Below are positions 57,960-64,000 of a DNA stretch of 64,000 nucleotides, piece by piece. A program made the translations under genes and the position numbers. The stretch is from the human T2T-CHM13v2.0 reference genome, Homo sapiens. The notes below the pieces were generated by a model. The model worked only from the letters and a program-made list of their open reading frames with translations, ran no database searches and was not told the DNA's origin. Location: the NCBI RefSeq assembly GCF_009914755.1, contig NC_060931.1; one strand, given 5' to 3'. Position 1 is the first letter of the stretch, and the number at the start of each line of letters is the position of its first letter.

Positions 57960-58615
57960 AAATGCTTGCATGTTATATTTACTGAAGTTGAAAACTGTAC
58001 TGAGGTTATGTAAGAGAATATTCCTATTCTTAGGACACATACACTGAAGTAATTGGTAAAATACCACGAAGAATGTAACTTGCCCTCAAATGGTTTAGAA
58101 AAATATTACGTGTGACTATTGAAAATATATCTGGATCGGTCTGTCTCTCTCCCATTCCCTACCCCCAAGAAACAGAAGGACAAAGCAAATGGAGCAAAAT
58201 GTTAACAACAGTTGGGCCAGGGGCAATGGCTCACACCTATAATCCCAGCACTTTGGGAGGCTGAGGCTGGAGCAACATTTGAGGCTGGGAATTCGAGATC
58301 AGCCTGTGCAACACAGCGAGACCGCTATCTCTAAAAAATAAGAAATAAAATAAAAAATTAGCTGATGCAGTGGTACACACTTGCAGTTTCAGCTACTCCG
58401 GAGGCTGAGGTGGAAGAATTGCTTGAGCCAGGAGTTCCAGGTTACGGTGAGTTATCACTGCACCCCTGCATTCTAGCCTGGGCAACAGAGCAAGACCCTG
58501 TTTCAATAAATAAATGTTGAATTTGGGTAAAGGCTATAGAATGTTCTTTGTGCTATTCTTATTTTTGATGTTTTTGGAAATTAGAAATTATTTCCAAATA
58601 AGGAGTTAAAAATAA
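57960..58615 (+). mobile_element. L1M (MC/ME-like) 3' fragment split by an Alu
   Basis: 'ggttatgtaagagaatattcctattcttagg...acactgaagta', 'gcaaaatgttaacaa', 'tgttctttgtgctattctt'. Confidence 0.7.
58215..58514 (+). mobile_element. Alu (AluJ-like)
   Basis: Diverged dimer with A-rich linker and tail. Confidence 0.9.
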
Positions 58616-58630
58616 TATAAAATCAAATGA

Positions 58631-59036
<406 letters not shown>

Positions 59037-59476
59037 CCTTGTCTTTTGAAATAGATTTAGAACCAGTAAAACAGGCTTAGAATGTTCAAAGTGAAAGAAA
59101 ACGACTCTTTCAGGGTTTAACTCTGTAATGGCCCAAATTCAAGGCTGAATGATCAGCTGCCCTAACACAGCTTTGTTTAAAAGAAAGGAACCATCTAGCT
59201 GACTTACCAAATTAAGATAATTCAGAAAAGGAAGTCCCCAAAAGTTTGGGCACTACTGGGTAAGTCTGCAGCCTCCAAAGATGCAGCACACATTGAAGCT
59301 GGCATGTATTAGGATAAAGCTGCATAAAAATGCATAATGTACCCAGGGGAAATCCTTTACCGAAAAACTGGGGTACCAGAACCACTCAGGACCCCAAAAC
59401 ACTGCAGCTAGAAAAGATTATGACTCTATCCCTTGTTGTTAAACACATGGGGACAGCTAATCTACCCACTGCATTT

Positions 59477-59758
59477 TTTTTTTTTTTTAAGTTCTAGGGT
59501 ACATGTGCACAATGTACAGGTTTGATATAGGTATACATGTGCCATGTTGGTTTGATGCACCCGTCAACTCATCATTTACATTAGGTATTTCTCCTAATGC
59601 TATCCCTCCCCCAGCCCCCCACCCCCGGAGAGACCCCGGTGTGTGACGTTCCCCACCCTGTGTCCAAGTGATCTCATTGTTCAATTCCCAACTATGAGTG
59701 AGAACCTGCGGTGTTTGGTTTTCTGTCCTTGTGATAGTTTGCTGAGAATGATGGTTTC
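59477..59758 (-). mobile_element. 5'-truncated L1PA 3' end
   Basis: 'aagttctagggtacatgtgcacaa...ttcaattccca...gctgagaatgatggtttcc'; 15-bp TSD CTACCCACTG(C/G)ATTT at 59462-59476 and 59759-59773. Confidence 0.93.
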
Positions 59759-59939
59759 CTACCCACTGGATTTAAATTTGGTTTTTAAATTTCAGGATCA
59801 AAGTTAATCTTGCACAGAGGGGATAAGTCACTGGGAGGGGTTCACAAATGGCATCTTGGTAACCCTTCAAAGAGTGATAGCCTCATACGAGTTTGTACAT
59901 TTGTTTTATGAAGCTTTCTGTATCTGGGTTGGCTATTAA

Positions 59940-60737
<798 letters not shown>

Positions 60738-61252
60738 CGTGGGCCTCATTCAGATGTCCTTCACCCCATCTGTTCCTGATGCCTGTAGGTCACAGCAATA
60801 GAAGCAAAGCCTTTCAAACTAATATTCAAGAAAATCATCAAAGTGTACCTATCACCAGCAAGTCATATATTGGCTTAATATTCATACTGGGGTATAGATG
60901 ACTGATAGCTTAGTGACTTTCTAGAGCGCAAGGCTTTTTGGAAGGAGTGAAGAGTGAGCACTGTGGGATGGGTATGAGGTGAGGAACATGCTGGGCAGTG
61001 GGGTGAAGGTATTAAAGTTGGAGCAAGACCTCCAAGGCTCACCAGTCCCTTGATGAGGCTGCAGCTTGGCTAGACAGAGAGCTGTGGTTCTCAGCACAAC
61101 AAAGCTCGGCCATGTAGCTGCCTTCTGTGGGGCTAATGCTTTCTTACTTGCACTCCAGTTTCCAGTAAAAGGGCAGGGTTGGGTTTTTTTAAATTGCAAA
61201 TTTCCCTCCATGTCCTTGGAAGACTCAGTTATAATAAACCAACAGATCACCT

Positions 61253-61992
<740 letters not shown>

Positions 61993-62199
61993 CACCTGCT
62001 GCTGCTGCTTTAAGATCCTGTGCAGTGAGTCTGGGTTTCTAACCTCAGGAGAGTGGCTAGCAAAGGAGATCGCTAGTCTCCTTCCAGTTTTGTCCTGTTG
62101 AATGGCGTAGAAGATTGATTGTATGGGTATCAGAGAGAGGAGTCACTAACAAAGATGAAAATATAGAACTCATTTGATAGGTGGAAGAGTAGGGTGGTT

Positions 62200-62400
62200 T
62201 CAGGTATAGGTTTTGGAGACAGAGCAATCTGAATTTGATTGTGGCTCCGCCATGATTGTGAGCAAGCTACTTAACCTCTCTCACTTTCAGTTTCTTTAAC
62301 TGCAAAATGGAAATGGAAACAGTGAGGATTAAATGGGATCACACGTGGCACACCTTGCACAGGCTTGCATAAAGCAAGTGCGCAGTACAGTTAACTGTGA
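62200..62400 (+). mobile_element. MIR
   Basis: 'gagcaagctacttaacctctc...cagtttctttaactgcaaaatgg...gtgaggattaaatg'. Confidence 0.7.
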
Positions 62401-62737
62401 TTGTTGCTCCTGTGCTCACAACACTTCCATTAACTGGTGCTTGGAACATCTTATTTTCCCTTTGCATAATTAATCCTCTACTTTGGTTGACGCCAGAAAT
62501 GCAGTTTTGCTATACGGTGACATTGCACATACTCCAAGTGTGTAAGCCCCAGACACCTTTCAGTGACACTGCTGTAGGGCTTAGTGACTTGCCACCAGGC
62601 AGCTCACATAATTGTCTTGCTGAGGTCATAGAGCCCTTCCCTATACTTCAGCTGGACACACTGAAATTCTTCAAGTCTTAGGAACAACATTGCTGCTTCT
62701 CAACATTAGATTTACTTTCTCAAAATCCATAATGTCA

Positions 62738-62861
62738 GCTGGGCACAGTGGCACACAGCTGTAGCTCCAGCTACTTGGGAGGCTGACGTGGGAGGATTGC
62801 TTGAGTCCAGGAGTTTAAGGCAGCGTAGGCAACACAGCAAGAACCTGTCTCCAAAAATAAA
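62738..62861 (+). mobile_element. Alu monomer (FLAM-like)
   Basis: Single arm with short A tail and TSD-like aaatccataa. Confidence 0.8.
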
Positions 62862-63144
62862 TCCATAACATCTATAGTGTGGAAAACATAACACCCTTGG
62901 AGCTGTAGGGAGAAAGGTGCTCTCCTGTGAATGGGGAGGATGGTACTGACTAGCTGCAGAATTTGGGCTTGAGTTGCTTTGTGGTTTTGTCTCTCTTTTT
63001 AAGTAAGGATGAGAGACTTTCACTGTTTCATTTGTCCACCTTCATATCATTACTTCTTATGACCTGCAGGAAGGATATCTGGGGTGGTGGAATAAACTCA
63101 GGGAGAAGTTATTGGCTGGGGCATGGAGGTGGCTAACTGGTCAC

Positions 63145-63360
63145 ACAATTGAGTTTGCATGTTGCTGAGCGCCTTGCAGTTTATAAAACACCTACAGAGC
63201 TCATTTCATCCTCAAAGCCACCCTATGAGAAAGCCAGGGAAATTGTAGTATTTTTATTATCACTTTACAAATGAGGAAACTGAGGCTTAGAATTAAGTAG
63301 CTTGCCCAGTATCTCATAGCTAAGCAATGGTGGATGGTATGACCAAGTCCTCATTTCCAT
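63145..63360 (-). mobile_element. MIR
   Basis: 'tttacaaatgaggaaactgaggcttaga...aagtagcttgccca'. Confidence 0.7.
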
Positions 63361-64000
63361 TCTCCCAGTGAGTTGTTTCTAAGTGAGCTTTATATGCCCA
63401 AGATGATCTATTAGGATGGGGAAACATATTAAAACTTCTAATTCTAGTTATTTTTAGCTTGCCCTTTTAACTTTTAAATTTTGTTTCATAGTATCACTAA
63501 TGTATTAGACTAGTATGCGCATGTAATTTATAATTAAATACACATACTCTTGGGTTCCAGCTCCAAAAATTTTTACTGATAAGGGTGCATGATTAAAATA
63601 GCTTGGAAGCCACAGCTCTAAGCTAGTAAGAGTCTTAGTAATACTGGAGATTAATACATCCTCTGGCCCTTTATCTTTTTTTTTTTTTATATTATTAGTT
63701 ACTTTTGGTCAGGAACTTTGATTGGTCTGTATTCTTCAGATTAAACCACAACCTTGTGAAGTGGTAATCCTGATTTTCTAGAGTAGCAGAAGGTGTTTTC
63801 TATCTCCTACAAAGTCGAAGGCTGACATGAATCATCTTTTGTTGTAAAAGGCTATTCCGGTGCTTTGCAAACTTGATGGCTCCCAGCTCATACAGCAGAG
63901 GCAACCCCATTTCCAGTATCATTTGTGATCACTTACAAACAGCAAAGGTTCAAGTAAGCATATGGGTTCACAGGTGTCTGCACATTGGTTCTTGAATCGT

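Overview
Primate, almost certainly human, genomic DNA lying inside the ATXN7L1 gene (minus strand; recalled locus 7q22.3). It is not prokaryotic, and no CRISPR array, operon or RNA gene is visible. Only two short coding exons are supported. The first is a 105-nt phase-1/phase-1 internal exon (29163-29267, [35 protein letters not shown]) encoding most of the Sgf73/ATXN7-type N-terminal zinc finger. The second is an alternative terminal exon (coding 1922-2007, GRKQDNRRNEGISRSGPESSQAIEKHQV*) that splices in frame to the first and is missed by the ORF track. A full-length, disabled RPL13A processed pseudogene lies on the + strand at about 60049-60736. The rest is intron: about 19 Alu dimers plus one monomer, L1/L2/MIR fragments, MaLR and MER21 LTRs, hAT-type MER elements and microsatellites. 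Nearly all ORFs in the supplied track are spurious. I find no evidence of a new biological system. The best leads are (1) alternative 3' ends that remove the fourth zinc ligand of the ATXN7L1 finger, (2) an NF-kB/AP-1 site cluster partly carried by a tiny MER81-like element, (3) two neighbouring AluSp copies sharing non-consensus variants, and (4) three same-orientation MER63A-like copies within about 9 kb. Repeat family names come from recalled consensus sequences and boundaries are approximate unless a TSD is cited.
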